Shown here: positions 1-12,443 of the stretch, in pieces
How the letters are laid out: every line of letters starts with the position of its first letter
Numbering within the stretch: position 1 is the first letter of the stretch
NCBI GenBank assembly: GCA_017499595.2
Contig: CM039000.1
Coordinates: 1,798,001-1,862,000, forward strand
Direction of reading: 5' to 3'
Origin: Psilocybe cubensis
Lineage: Eukaryota
DNA length: 64,000 bases
The notes under the pieces: generated by a model
What the model was told of the DNA's origin: nothing
Databases searched by the model: none
What the model saw: the letters and a program-made list of their open reading frames with translations, nothing else
Translations under genes and position numbers: made by a program

Positions 1-589
1 TTCCAGGTATATTACTACTGTTGTTGCAGCTCGGGGTGTGCTTATAGACGAGTCAGGTATTTGTCGCCAGCGAGATCACTGGACTAAGTACGCTGGGTGC
101 ACTTGCGAGAGACAGCATTGAGGTGGGTACAGCAGACCAGTTCCGATGCATGACCGAACTAAAAGAGCACAGTTCTCTACGCTGGAGAAGGCAGAGAAGG
201 AGAGGGCACTGGGAGTATTCGAAAGAAGATGGAGCGAATTTGTAGAATATATTGTGGTAGAATACGGGGCAAAGTGAGCTGGTGTGTTTTGTATGTATGT
301 GTTTGTAGCAGTATTTAGGGGACAAGTGGGACGAGGACAGGTCTTAGTCTTTTCTGATTTGACATCAACACTGAGCAGCGCCGTCGTTTCTTTCTCGTCT
401 GAGGTATGTACAATCAACTTTGTAATGTTCCCAACCTCCTGCCTCGCATTCCCCTCACATCCATCCCTGCCATTCCATCAGACCATACCACACCTCCAAG
501 TCATCCCATCCCCTTGGCATCGCACCCCCAATCCAATCCCTTCACAAACCCAGAGCTAACGAAAAGAACCGTTGAACTAAATTACGACC

Positions 590-2036
590 ATGCCAGACGC
601 CGAATCTAACCGCAAGAGGTCGCGCTCGCCCTCCGACAACGAGCAGCAGAAAACCTACAAGCGTGCCAACACGGGCGCAACCGCCGTGGATGGCTCATCG
701 GCCAACGCCACGGGTCCCGTTTCCCAGTCCTCAGATATCAGCATGGCCGACTCTGGACTAGCCACCAGCACCAAGCAGGCGAATGACACAAATTCATCTA
801 CTCCCAATTCAAGTCGCAACGATGCTAAGAAGGACGACCAGAAGACCGCCCCTTCAGGCGACAATAAGGACTCAGCGACTACAACGGGCGAACCTTCTTC
901 TTCATCGACCACGACAGCTGCTCCCTCTGCCAACATTCATATGCGCTGTTTGATCGTTACCCAAGACGCTTCCATCATCATTGGTAAAGGCGGGTCCCAT
1001 GTCAATGAAATCCGCGAGAAGAGTGGTGCTCGAGTGATGGTTTCAGAGAGCATTCCTGGTAACCCAGAACGTATTCTCAATGTCAGCGGTCCTCTCGATG
1101 CAGTGTCAAAGGTCATTATCCATTGTCCTTTTCTAGTGTGCCTCTGTACTTATTCATCTTTATCTTCTATGCATATAAGGCTTTTGGGCTCATCGTACGG
1201 AGGATTAATGATGAACCATTTGATGTGCCTTCAGTTCCGGGAAGCCGTGCTGTCACCATCAAATTCATGATTCCCAACTCCAGAATGGGATCCGTCATTG
1301 GCAAACAAGGTTCCAAAATCAAGGAAATTCAAGATGCTAGTGGTGCCAGGCTCAACGCCAGTGAAGGGATGCTTCCAGGCTCGACAGAGGTTTGTTTCTA
1401 TTGGTCAACTCCCAATAATTCAACACTGATGTGACCCACAGAGGGTTCTCAGTGTAGCTGGTGTCGCTGATGCCATCCATATAGCAACGTACTACATCGG
1501 AAATATCCTCATCGAAGCACAAGAAAAAATGCCTTCTTATGCCAATTCTAATTCTAGCTACCGTCCTTCCAATAACCCACGTGGCAACGGACGCTCTGGT
1601 GGAGGAGGCCCCGGAGGTTCCTCATATGTTCCTCAGGGAGGATACAATCCTGGTTCAACCTATGCACCTCACAACCCCCCTACACAACTACAGACCCAGC
1701 AAATCTACATACCTAATGATTTGGTGGGTTGTATTATTGGCAAAGGGGGCAGTAAAATCAATGAGATACGACACATGAGTGCCAGCCAGATCAAAATTAT
1801 GGAACCTGGCGCTGTAGGGCAAGGTGTGAATGGTGCCCCTGCCCCTGCTGGCCAAGAAGGGGAGAGATTAGTGGTTATCACTGGCCAGCCAGCAAACATT
1901 CAGATGGCGGTTCAGCTCCTCTATCACGTAAGTGGTAATAGCACTTTTCGTTATTATGTGGCTGATTAAACATTCCCATTAGCGATTAGAGCAGGAGAAA
2001 CAGAAGCAACTTCGAGTGACTTCGAATCAGAGTTAA
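590..2036 (+). CDS. Triple KH-domain RNA-binding protein (Rnc1/Pbp2/hnRNP K-like), 4 exons
   Basis: Three GxxG KH motifs (IIGKGGSHVNEI, VIGKQGSKIKEI, IIGKGGSKINEI); GT-AG introns 1112-1179, 1390-1441, 1928-1982 join the frames; stop TAA 2034-2036. Confidence 0.92.
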
Positions 2037-2993
2037 AAGCCTAGAGTAAACTATCCACATCTGTAAACGAACACTCAGCGCGGCTCCGACTTCTACTAAG
2101 TTTCGGAACCTTCCTTGTCACATTTTTGTTTCATCCTTCTCGTACTAGTTCTCCATCCTGTGTTATCCATCTCGTGTTCCTTTTCCACCCCTCCATGCGT
2201 CAATCCGCCAATTTTGTTGTCTGTCTCACCCCTTGCCTCATTTCCTCAATGTGCTTTCTCGGAAATCCATTTTGCACCCCTTTTCTTCAATCTCTTCGTA
2301 CCGTGTCTCTAAACTAGCTGCACTTCGGGGTGCGTGCTTAGTTTCGTTTGTACATTATCTCAATGTTTCAATCTGTTTAGTTATTACGTTCCAGGCGCAC
2401 CGAGGCGCCGCACGACGCACGTCGCAGACGATTGATCGTTTTTCAGGTATCGTACATCTTTCGCCGCAAGTTAGACATGTAATTGTTTCATCATGATTTA
2501 CGCGGTGTAAAGTTTATCGCACATTGCTTAAAATTTCACTAGGAAGCAGATGAGCTCTGAAATATTGTTAGCTCTAATGCTACACGTATCATTCGAATGG
2601 ATATTCATAGTCAAATTGGTTCCGGAGGTAGTTGGATGCAATTGGCTTAATTCGTCAATTTATGCCTGTGTGCTCTTATATTCACCCAGGCTTCGTGTGC
2701 ATGTTTTTTTAGTTCAGTTCTGATATCCACGACGGTCATTTTGCGCCTAACATTATCTCCAATCGATTGGTATGATCAATTAACTATATGAATTAGGGCG
2801 ATGGCAAACAGAGGTTAAAGATAGTATCATTGAAAAAGTCATATAAAAAAAGTAGTGTTGAAAGGGAGAGCGTGATAGTCCCTCTGATACGTTTACGTAA
2901 TCATCAAAAATTTGGACACTGATCACAGTTGCGTTGGAAGTTCGATCGTTCAACGTTCAACGCTAAACCATTCCTTTATCACAATTTTGCAAA

Positions 2994-4157
2994 ATGGCCT
3001 CGGTAATAAAGGCACAAAAAGCCAATGCTTCAAAGGCTGCCCTCAAGGGAAAGGGGAAACGCAAGGCCGATGAAATGGATGTGGACGAGCCTAGCGAGAC
3101 GCAGGCGGTAAAAACGAAGAAAAACAAGCAAAGAGTGTTACTGCTTTCTTCCAGAGGAATTACTCATAGGATGAGGCATCTTATGAATGACATAGAGGCG
3201 CTTTTACCTCATGTTAAAAAAGGTACGGCGGATGGCATGTGCCAGCGACAACGAAGCGCTAAGCACTGGTATGGTCTTTAGATTCGAAACTTGACTCGAA
3301 GTCACAGCTGCACCTCCTACCCGAACTCGCTGACCTTAACAATTGCAACAACACTCTATACTTTGAAGCCCGACGGCACGAGGACCTCTATATGTGGGCA
3401 GCGAAAACGCCAAATGGACCAAGCATCAAACTCCATGTACAAAATGTGCACACCATGGACGAACTCAAGATGACGGGAAATTGCTTAAAGGGGAGCCGGG
3501 GCCTACTTAGCTTTGATAAGGCATTTGACGACAGCGAGTGGGGAAAGTTGACTAAAGAAGTGTTTACTCAGGTGAGTGCGATATCGAAACAGCATAAAGT
3601 AGGCTTTTCTGACAGATTTCTTATCTTAATTTATTAGATCTTTGGAGTACCATCCACGTCAAGACGGGCAAAGCCATTCATTGACCACATTTTGACATTC
3701 TCCATTGTGGATTCCAAAATATGGTTCCGCAACTTTCAGGTGAGAATCGAGTGGACTTTAATTCAGGGACATCTTTTTGACGTTTGTGTTCCTCCCACAT
3801 TTAACAGATACTCGAGAAAGACCCACTACAACCGAATGGTCCCCCACAAACGACGCTGGTGGAAATCGGACCGCGTTTCGTGCTTACCCCCATCCGTATC
3901 TTCGAAGGAGCGTTTGGAGGTGCAACGGTGTTCTCGAACCCTGGTTCGTATCCATCTCCCATTGTTCAAGGTATCCAAAAGCTAACTAGCTCATCAATGT
4001 AGAATTTGTGTCGCCCGCTGCGACGCGCATGGCGCTTAAGAGAGAGAAGGGAGGCAAATACAACATGAGGAAAGATGCCGAGGCGGAGACACAGAGAAGA
4101 AGAGAGATGCGGCGACTGGAGGAAAACGAACTTGCAGTGTCCAAGGTGTTCGCGTAA
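2994..4157 (+). CDS. BRX1: Brix-domain 60S ribosome biogenesis protein
   Basis: KQRVLLLSSRGITHRMRHLMND, PNGPSIKLHVQNVHTMDELKMTGNCLKGSR, IWFRNFQ, LVEIGPRFVLTPIRIFEGAFGG; 4 GT-AG introns. Confidence 0.95.
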
Positions 4158-4428
4158 GTAGAGTTGTTGTGATTCTTTAACTGCGAGCCTACATAGGGCC
4201 GAGGAACAATGACAGCCTTGTTCTCATTCTCCCTGCAATTGATTATGTCAGCACATCAATGACGTACGGACAAAGGAGGTGTTTGCCTTGGATTTACCTT
4301 TTTGGAGACAATATATCTTGTCTCAATTTCTTTTGTTATAATGAACGGCCTTTCTTGTTCTCCCCGTCATAGCAATCCCTCTTGTCTCCTCTCCCCACTC
4401 TCTACTCCATTGCCCTCTTCTCTCCGTC

Positions 4429-6254
4429 ATGTCTATGCGTATCACAATACATCCCTTCTCTGATCATCTGCATATGTATGGGCCTTCCGATCCGAGGTGA
4501 GCTCCTTATCCTTTCTTGCCTCGAGGCTACTCATTTGCTTTCCTCTAGTTCTGCGTATTCTCTGTCTGGTCATATTTCGTTATCCGTCACTTCCCCCTTT
4601 TCTCTTTTTGAATCTCGGCGGACGGCTCGTCTTCTTCTCCAATCGTTAACCATTACCTTCGAAGGCCAGTCTGAGATATTCACTCCAAACACCGGGTATT
4701 CGTCCTTGCGTGTTTGCTCAGTCACCCATGAGCTTGCTCCCTCAGTTCCCATTGAGTTGTCGAATGAGGGATGCGAGGATTCTTCAGAACCGTGTAAGCT
4801 TGATTAATTGCGCACATTAAGTGGAAAGCATAAATCTCAACATTTCTGATCAGCCGTATGGAATGTCATTTTCAACCTGCCTATTCCCGGATGGCTCCCA
4901 CCTACAACAACCATTGGAATCGAGGAGCTGGGAACACGATACGCTTTATATGCAACCGCCAAGTTCGCCAATGTAGATGAGGAGCACAATAACTCTTGGG
5001 GATTTTCCACATTATGCGCTCCGTTTCGATCCCGCGTCAAGTGCGCAGAGGCTAAAAAGCCTATCGTACTCCACCGGTTCATGGCACCGCCGAAAGTAGA
5101 AATTACTGACTTGACAACGCTAAACTATCTTGTCAATTCTACTCCCTCATCAAAACAGCAGGATGCTGAAAGAGGAATTCCTATGGAGGTGCTCTCCAAG
5201 ATCCAAGTCCTAGCGTCGGTCCCGGAATATGTTGACATTAGCAGCGATATATTGCCGTTGACGTTACGTCTTCGCACGAAAGATCTGGCAGAAGAACATT
5301 GCAAGCGGATTCAGTTGACAGAAGTTCACGTTGACATTACTCAGCAGGAAAAGTGCAGGTACCGTATCGGCAACTCTATGCCAACGTACCCACCTTTCTC
5401 ACCTCTGTCGCTTGCCCAGGTACCGACCATCGTCGACATATCATGCAAGATATCCACTACCGCCGCAAGATCTTCAACCCCCTAATTTGCCACTGCGGGA
5501 CCCTCACCCAATTAGTTCAGTCTACGATGTTGGGCTCTATGTCTCTTCCGAATTTTCCGAATCAGCCAGTCGTATATTTTCTCTTCTTCCAAGCGAAGAG
5601 TCTGGGAGTTATAAACTGTCGACCGATAACTATGTTTTCGCTAATGACGCCCTCAGAGACGGACCTCCTACGTGGTATACTATGGACACCACGGTCCCGT
5701 TCATACATGAAAACACGGCTTTCAGTCACGACGATTATGATACATTTGAATGGGGAGGTGCGAAGATCATCAGACCAACCTTACAGGGTCCCTTGTACAC
5801 TGTTCAACATGAGGCATTGGTTTCTTTGACCTATACCTACGACTTGCAAGATAATAGAGACAGGGTTGCGACAGAGCGGCTGAGCTTCAGAATACCTGTA
5901 ACATTTGGAAACGTGCCCCTCAAGCCATCTGCAACTGGAGTCCAGAGTCTTGAGAACGCCGATGTTTCCCAACTATCATCACACCCTTACCAGTCAACAT
6001 CGATACCTTTGCCTGCCTACTTCCAATTATATGATCGCAACGGCGACCGCAAAATTGATTACTCGACACCACTTCCCCTTTATACTCCTCGATCAGAAGC
6101 GCCTTTGATGGAGCCAAGTGACTCCCCTGCTGGGAGCACTGACTGCACAAACATATGCAATTTAGGCGCATATCAGAATGGACTTAACACCAACAACGAG
6201 AAGGCGCCCACATCCCTTCTTATGGGCGACTCTGGTGCATCCCAGTCTATTTAA
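4429..6254 (+). CDS. Arrestin-like (Ig/beta-sandwich) protein with C-terminal LPxY motifs
   Basis: Spliced ORF MSMRITIHPF...YSLSGHISLSV...QSLTITFEGQSE...WNVIFNLPIPGWLPPT resembles the arrestin-N pattern; tail has LPAY and LPLY; 3 introns. Confidence 0.6.
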
Positions 6255-7078
6255 ATTACTCCATTCCACATCAACGAAACGACGACCACCTGCTTACCCT
6301 TCCAGCCTGCTTACTGGGGGGACCTTCGTTCTTTTCCTTTCTAACATGCACATTTTTGACTTATAACGCCTTTCAGTATCGTTTTTCAAACTCGTAAATT
6401 CCGACTGTCTTGAATAGTACCTTTCTGCGCAGCTCTCCAACGTTAGGGCGGTTTGACTGCATTGCGATCCCTTTTCCATCATAATCTTCCAGCATCTCTC
6501 ATTCATCATCATCATCGGTCACAGCATATCAATTTTCCACCACAATTACAATATATCGATTCAAAAAGCGCAATCTACTCTCATCATAAATAATTCTATG
6601 TACTATCATTTTATAACACTCATTTCGAATTTAGTTTCAATCATGTTTTGCAACAAACAGCTTTTTGTGCTTCCTATTTTAGATAGTTGTTGAATGCCAT
6701 TGGTTCAACTCGCACTTGACTTGCAGCAATTACAACCCATAATCTTTGCGTACTTCCCAAATAATTCGAACACGATCAATATGTTCTTTACTTGTGTTGA
6801 TATTATGCTCGCTCAAACACTCATGTAGCCATCCAGGTCAATCGATGACGGGTGCTTTTTAGGCACCTTTAGGCGAGCCCTTGGCAATTGAACTCAAAAA
6901 GTTGAACCAGCCTTTGGTTACTGAGAGGAGCCAGACAGACTTACGAAGACCAAAGGAAGGGAAGATTTGAAAATTAAAATAGTATATTAGGACTCTACAA
7001 ATTTATATGGGTTTCAAATCTCGCTGTTATTCAATTAGCCGGGCTTCCTCTCTGCGAGGGTGAACGAGTTGCTGAAAG

Positions 7079-7140
7079 CCTGGACGCGTCCAAAACGCAA
7101 CAGTCAACGCGTGAGTCACGTGCTCTGTATCATCGACTCG
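7079..7140. promoter_or_regulatory. Two MCB boxes (ACGCGT 7084-7089, 7107-7112) overlapping TGAGTCA (7112-7118) and CACGTG (7117-7122)
   Basis: Exact motifs within about 110 bp upstream of the ATG at 7194; function inferred from yeast MBF/bZIP/bHLH sites. Confidence 0.5.
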
Positions 7141-7193
7141 TGATGGTCGTTTTTGTCACTCCCGCGAGCTAAGTCTGCATCCTTGCTGCTATC

Positions 7194-9106
7194 ATGTTCG
7201 CCGACTCTGATGACGATGAAATCAGTAAAGCATTGCAACTTGACATAATTTAATTCATATAAAACTTACCTCGATGAAATTTAGATAACCTTCATGGCTT
7301 TGTAACAAGCACCTTCCCCCCAAAGGTTGCATCGAAAACTAAGTCTGTTGGCGGCAATCTGAATCAGAGTCGCGCTGAGGCAGGACCATCAAGGGCCACC
7401 AACAACGCTGCATCAAATAAACGGAAGAAAGAAATAGGCGCTACACGCGACAGGCAGTCCCAGGACGAAGGGCTGGAGATGATTGTAGAAAAACCTGCAG
7501 GTCGCGGGCGACGGACGGTGGCCGATAAACATATACCCGAGGAAGAAGGTATCGCGCGCAGTGGAGAGGACAGCAGTGCTGAAGTAGAGGAGATTGTTTC
7601 ACCCCCAAATAACAAGTCGCGCCCCGTCACTAAGAAGTCCGCCCCTCGTCCAGGGAAACCCCTTTCTAATGCGGCCAATGGAACGACCAAGATTGACACA
7701 AACACCTTGGCCAAGGGTAAGGGAAAGCAAAAGGCAACACTGGTACCCAAGAAACCAGCGCGACAAGAAGCGGAACAAGTGGAGAGCGACGTTGTGGAGA
7801 TGCCTGTGGACGATATGGACATCGACGATGAAGGCCAAGATAATGTGGATGAACCAGTCATTGCTGCTGCACCCAGCAATCGCCAACTTAACATCAAGCC
7901 AGGCAAGTCTGCGAAGGGGCAACCTCCTCTACCTCAGGATCACAAGAAGGATGCATATATTGCACGATTGGAGAAACAGCTGCAGCAGGTAAAGGGCAAT
8001 CGGCTCATTTTCACTGAAATAACTAATACCATCTTTTAGGCGGAAGACCACATCAAAGAATTGACGCGACAAGTGGAGGAACTATGCCAAGTGCGAAAGA
8101 CGGAATCTGAACAGCTGATGGAACGCATGGAGACTCAGCATCAAGCGCTCATTGAAGGTCAGAATCATCCTACTCGCTCTATGGTTTCCTATATTAATTC
8201 TCCTGTAGCAAAGGACTCGCTCTTGGACGATCTCAATGCACAGCTTGCGAAACGCGACCCCGTGCTTAGTTCTGGCAAGAAATCAGCTTTTGAGCTTCTG
8301 ACCAGGGATGAAGCGAACAACGAGATGCATGCTTTACAAGAGCAGCTCAAGAAATACAGAGAAGCTCTTCAGGAACGGGAGCAACGCCTCAAAGAACAAG
8401 AAAGTGAAATCACAGAATTAAAAGAAGATAGTACGTAGACTTTGCATCTCGTTCTAGGAACATGGGCCTCACTTTCCTTATGTTGATAGAAAGAATAATA
8501 AGCATCGAACTGAAAGAAGAAGTTAAACGAAATCAGGAGTTGAACGCACGCGCCCCGCCGCCCTCTTCTTCGCGACCTCGGGGGACTGGGGTCGCCTTTG
8601 GAGCAAGTCAAGATCCAAAATATGCCATAATCATCAAGTTTTATGAAGATCTCACCAATCTTATTGTTCCTCATATGAAAATGCAACCTGGAAAGTATCT
8701 GGATATGGAAGAATGGGTCTTAAACTGTTGTTATACACATAAAGACGTGATGAAAAAGGATTCTATCTCAAAAAGTATGTATTCTTTTTTCGCGTTGACT
8801 CGTAACTGCTCATTCTTCGTCACAGGTATCAACTTTAATCTGAGGCTCGGTTATGAACCTCTCCCCGACGCACCAAAGCCTGTTACTAGAAAAGAAGACC
8901 TTGTTCCATCTGTTCATTATATACCATTGGAACTTCAAAACGAATCTCAAGAATTCCGGGACTCTCTTGAATTCCTAGCTGATAAATTTACATTTGAAAG
9001 AGACCAGCTTTCTTTGTTTGTACGGACTTTGTATGACTACGTTGGCGGGGAAAAGAATGAAGACAGTAATGAAGAATCTGACAATTCGGTTCAAATTGTA
9101 GAATAG
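7194..9106 (+). CDS. Monopolin subunit Csm1/Pcs1-like kinetochore protein (disordered N-terminus, coiled coil, RWD-like C-terminus)
   Basis: C-terminal FYEDLTNLIV...VHYIPLEL...LEFLADKFTFERDQLSLFVRTLY matches the Csm1/Pcs1 C-domain pattern; preceded by a long coiled coil. Confidence 0.75.
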
Positions 9107-9267
9107 TTCTATCGACTCTAATTATTATTATGTATGTAGAACTTCTACCAAATTAAATACCTTTTTAATCTTAGGGATTAAATATTGATGGTACCCATTA
9201 TACAATCGGCATTAGCAAGTTACCTCTGCCGCTTTAAAAAGCATGTTGCATCCATGTGTTAAACAAA

Positions 9268-11791
9268 TCAGACATGCAATCCAGCTTTCACCCAAATGCG
9301 CAACGAAGCTGCATCCTTTGGCTTGATTGCGTCTTTGACAACATAAGAAGCGAAGTGCGAATCAGTGCCAGCCAACGTGGCACCAGCCTGCACCAGCAGA
9401 TCCACTACATCTTCGTGGCCCTGCCTAGCGGCCTGATATAACGGTGTCAGGTCGCATGTCTAAAAAGACCAGGTACCAAAGGGAAGAACTGACCAAATAT
9501 AGAGCTGTGTGGCCGAGAGTGTCTCTGAGGTGTACAAGGGCACCTGAACGAAGCAATAGTTCAACAGACTTGGAGCTCCCGTTCAACGAAGCCACATGCA
9601 GTGGGGATCTCCCGGAGCCAGTTTCTAGGCAGTTGACAATACCTCCTGGTATCTGATCTTTTATGAAATTGCTGTTAACTAAACAGAACTCGAGGCTTTC
9701 AATGTCATCTCTGGCTGCTGCCAAATGAATGAGGAAAGGAAACAAAACGGCCTCCGTTATTGCAGCCTCAGCAGCTGTCCACGACCACGGTGCAGCCACA
9801 TCCTGAATAGTGCTTGAAGATGCCTCTGGGCCGCTCACACGGATAGCAGGTATTACTGTAGGCGGACGTGTGAGACGGACAAATTGGGATAAGAGTTGTT
9901 GGATATTTTCCGCATTTTGCTCAATAATGGGTTGTTGGCCGATCCCGCCAGACGCGAGAGTTAGCTCTCCACGAAGAGGTTCCCCAATCAGGTTACGAAC
10001 CTCCTTAGATGAAAGTTCTGTTTTCGAAAGGAGATAACTTAATTTGGTTAATGCACACTGGATGCATAAAGTTGAAACAAGGGGATGAACATCATGGGAA
10101 GCTCTTTTAAGTAGAAAGAAATACGCACCTCTGGTGTCATATCACTCCCAGGTACGACACCAACTTCCAAGAGAGACCTTCCCGTCTCGTACGCGTCGGA
10201 TACAGAGCCTTTGGCGCATTGAGAAATTGCGACGATGACAACACCTCGATCACACGCCTCTTTGAGTGCTTCCATTACATCGGCTCTTTGGGGAGCATTC
10301 CCAGCACCGAAAGTCTCTAGGACTACTCCCTGAATGGGTGACATACAAAAGGCTCTTATGGTTTGACCCGAAATCCCGGGGAATAGGCGAAGAGTAGCTA
10401 AAAGGAGAGTTCAAAAAACTGTACCTCAAGTATTAAACCCACATACCGACATGGGGACTCATTTCTGTACAGAAAGACAAAGGCATGACTCGAATCAAGT
10501 TCCCTGTGAAGTCACCAGAGAACTTACTTTTATGGGCACGAAATTTCCGTAAACTAGTTTGTCGTATGACATCTGCCCAATTGACGACAATTTCGATACC
10601 GACTACGGCCACTCGTCAACATTGGGAAAGAAGAAAGGGGAAGATTACACATTACCGTTTACAATAGGCGGAAAATTAGGGCTGCTGAATGCACCAAAGT
10701 CATACGACGACATCTTCGTCACTCGATTGCCTCTAAACAGGGTATGATTGAAATATAGACAACATTCTGCCATCTTCTATGAGAAGTGGCCGAATATGAT
10801 CTATATGACGCAAGTACCTGGGATTATATAGTGTCCAGCAATTGTTAGAGCGCCCATGACATTGTCTACAGCATCGTTACGTAGTTGGGATAAAGGTATT
10901 TGAGCACCAGTCAAAATCTTAGCAGGCGAAGGCCATCAATAAACCATCGACTATAACTCAGAAGTCATACGCACCACTGTTTTTCCTAGATCCTCTAGAA
11001 GAAAACTCAGCGCGCTCGAGGTATAAGCCATAGTATCTGTTCCATGGAGCACGACAAATGCATCGAAAGAATAGTTTAGCTCTATCTCGGTTGCAATACG
11101 TATCCAGTCTTTAAAAAAATGAGTATGGAGAAAATGTCTTGTAAATCAGCAGTTACCTTGAATATCCATATTGCTACTATCAAGTAAGGGATTCCACTGT
11201 AGTCTTTGCCGATGAATGTTACGAAGAATCTAAGCAGTAGTAGGAACACACTTCTAATATCGCGTATCTGATTGATTTGCTTAAATTTCCTCCTGGAGCC
11301 TTACTTTTTGGAGTGACAAGAGTGGGAAGGTGTGCCTCATAAATGTTGTCAGAGACTTGCACGCATCTCGGTTGATTTTTGAAGAACATATTGTTTAGAT
11401 TGCGGTCGAGTGAATTTGGATAACCAATAGGACGTGATGATCGTACCAATAACGTTCTTGCGAGCGGGTCTTCAGAGCGAGTGTGCTCTACAGTAGGTTG
11501 TGGGCTGGATCGTCCGCTCCATTCCCTGAATCCTTGCACAGACGAGGCATTTGAAAACAAGGAATCTTGCAAGGGATCATGGAACCTCGTCTGGCTACGT
11601 AAAGTTTCGGTTAGGAAGTACGGCTCTGGCACGTATCCTTGTTGGCCAACAAGCATTCCGATCGTTCCACCTAATCACATTTTTAGCACACTTGATATGG
11701 GTACATATTGAACACCAATGAAGCGAGGCGCACACATACCTGTGTATATGACCAAAACACAAGCTTCATCAGAAGAGTGCGACATCTCCAT
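9268..11791 (-). CDS. Type I L-asparaginase with C-terminal ankyrin repeats (60 kDa lysophospholipase/ASPG-like)
   Basis: VLVIYTGGTIGM, LLDSSNM, VVLHGTDTMAY, ILTGAQIP, GVVLETFGAGNAP, DMTPE; ankyrin GRSPLHVAS and GHTALY. Confidence 0.93.
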
Positions 11792-12179
11792 GTTTGCAGC
11801 CGAATTCAATGGCCTTGCTGTTAAGTAAGGCTCTTACTGTGAAAGAGGAAACGTTCGATTTGTACTATTCGATTCAGAAACATATCCGCGTTTGGATAAT
11901 TCTCACGCCCAAGGAGGACTCTGGTGGCCAGTCTCCGTTATCTTGCTGGGGCTTTAATAACATAGAATTTTTAACCAATGTGTAACGCACTGTAAGCGTG
12001 TAAGATAGGCATAGACTTACTTGCCAGGCAGTGCCAAAGTCCAATTTAAAGTCCGTACAGGATGTAGTAGTACTCTTACTCTGAAGCATTTGGCATCACT
12101 TTTTAATTAGTAAAAAGCTACATCTTAAGAAAATCGGTCTTAGAAGAAGAAAATCTGTTTATTTGACATTCGGCAGTAC

Positions 12180-12405
12180 TGGAGTCATAAAGATGGCGCC
12201 GCAGGTGGTCAGCAAGGCCCGATTGCCAACGGCAATCTTTGATGAAGAAATTACGTGGATAGACAGGAAATCGAGACAAGTACGGTGGCGGCGCCTCGAT
12301 AGCTCCTGTCAATGACTGCGAATGTCCGATGCATCCGATTATGAGTCACATGCTCGCTTAGATCTAATAAATTGGAATTGCTTAAAATGTCGTCTTCGAG
12401 TCATC
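12180..12405. promoter_or_regulatory. Cluster of Gcn4/CpcA-type sites in the divergent asparaginase-TRP1 promoter
   Basis: Perfect TGAGTCA at 12342-12348 plus GAGTCAT half-matches near 12182 and 12398. Confidence 0.55.
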
Positions 12406-12443
12406 TCCTCTTTCATTATCCCCTACACCCCTCACATACACTT

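Noticed and set aside
1-420. Short minus-strand ORFs at the window edge
   Set aside because: No recognisable motif; may be the leader or 5' end of a gene outside the window
7364-7906. 180-aa antisense ORF in the Csm1 N-terminal exon (similar cases at 655-936 and 28639-29115)
   Set aside because: Mirror of low-complexity coding sequence
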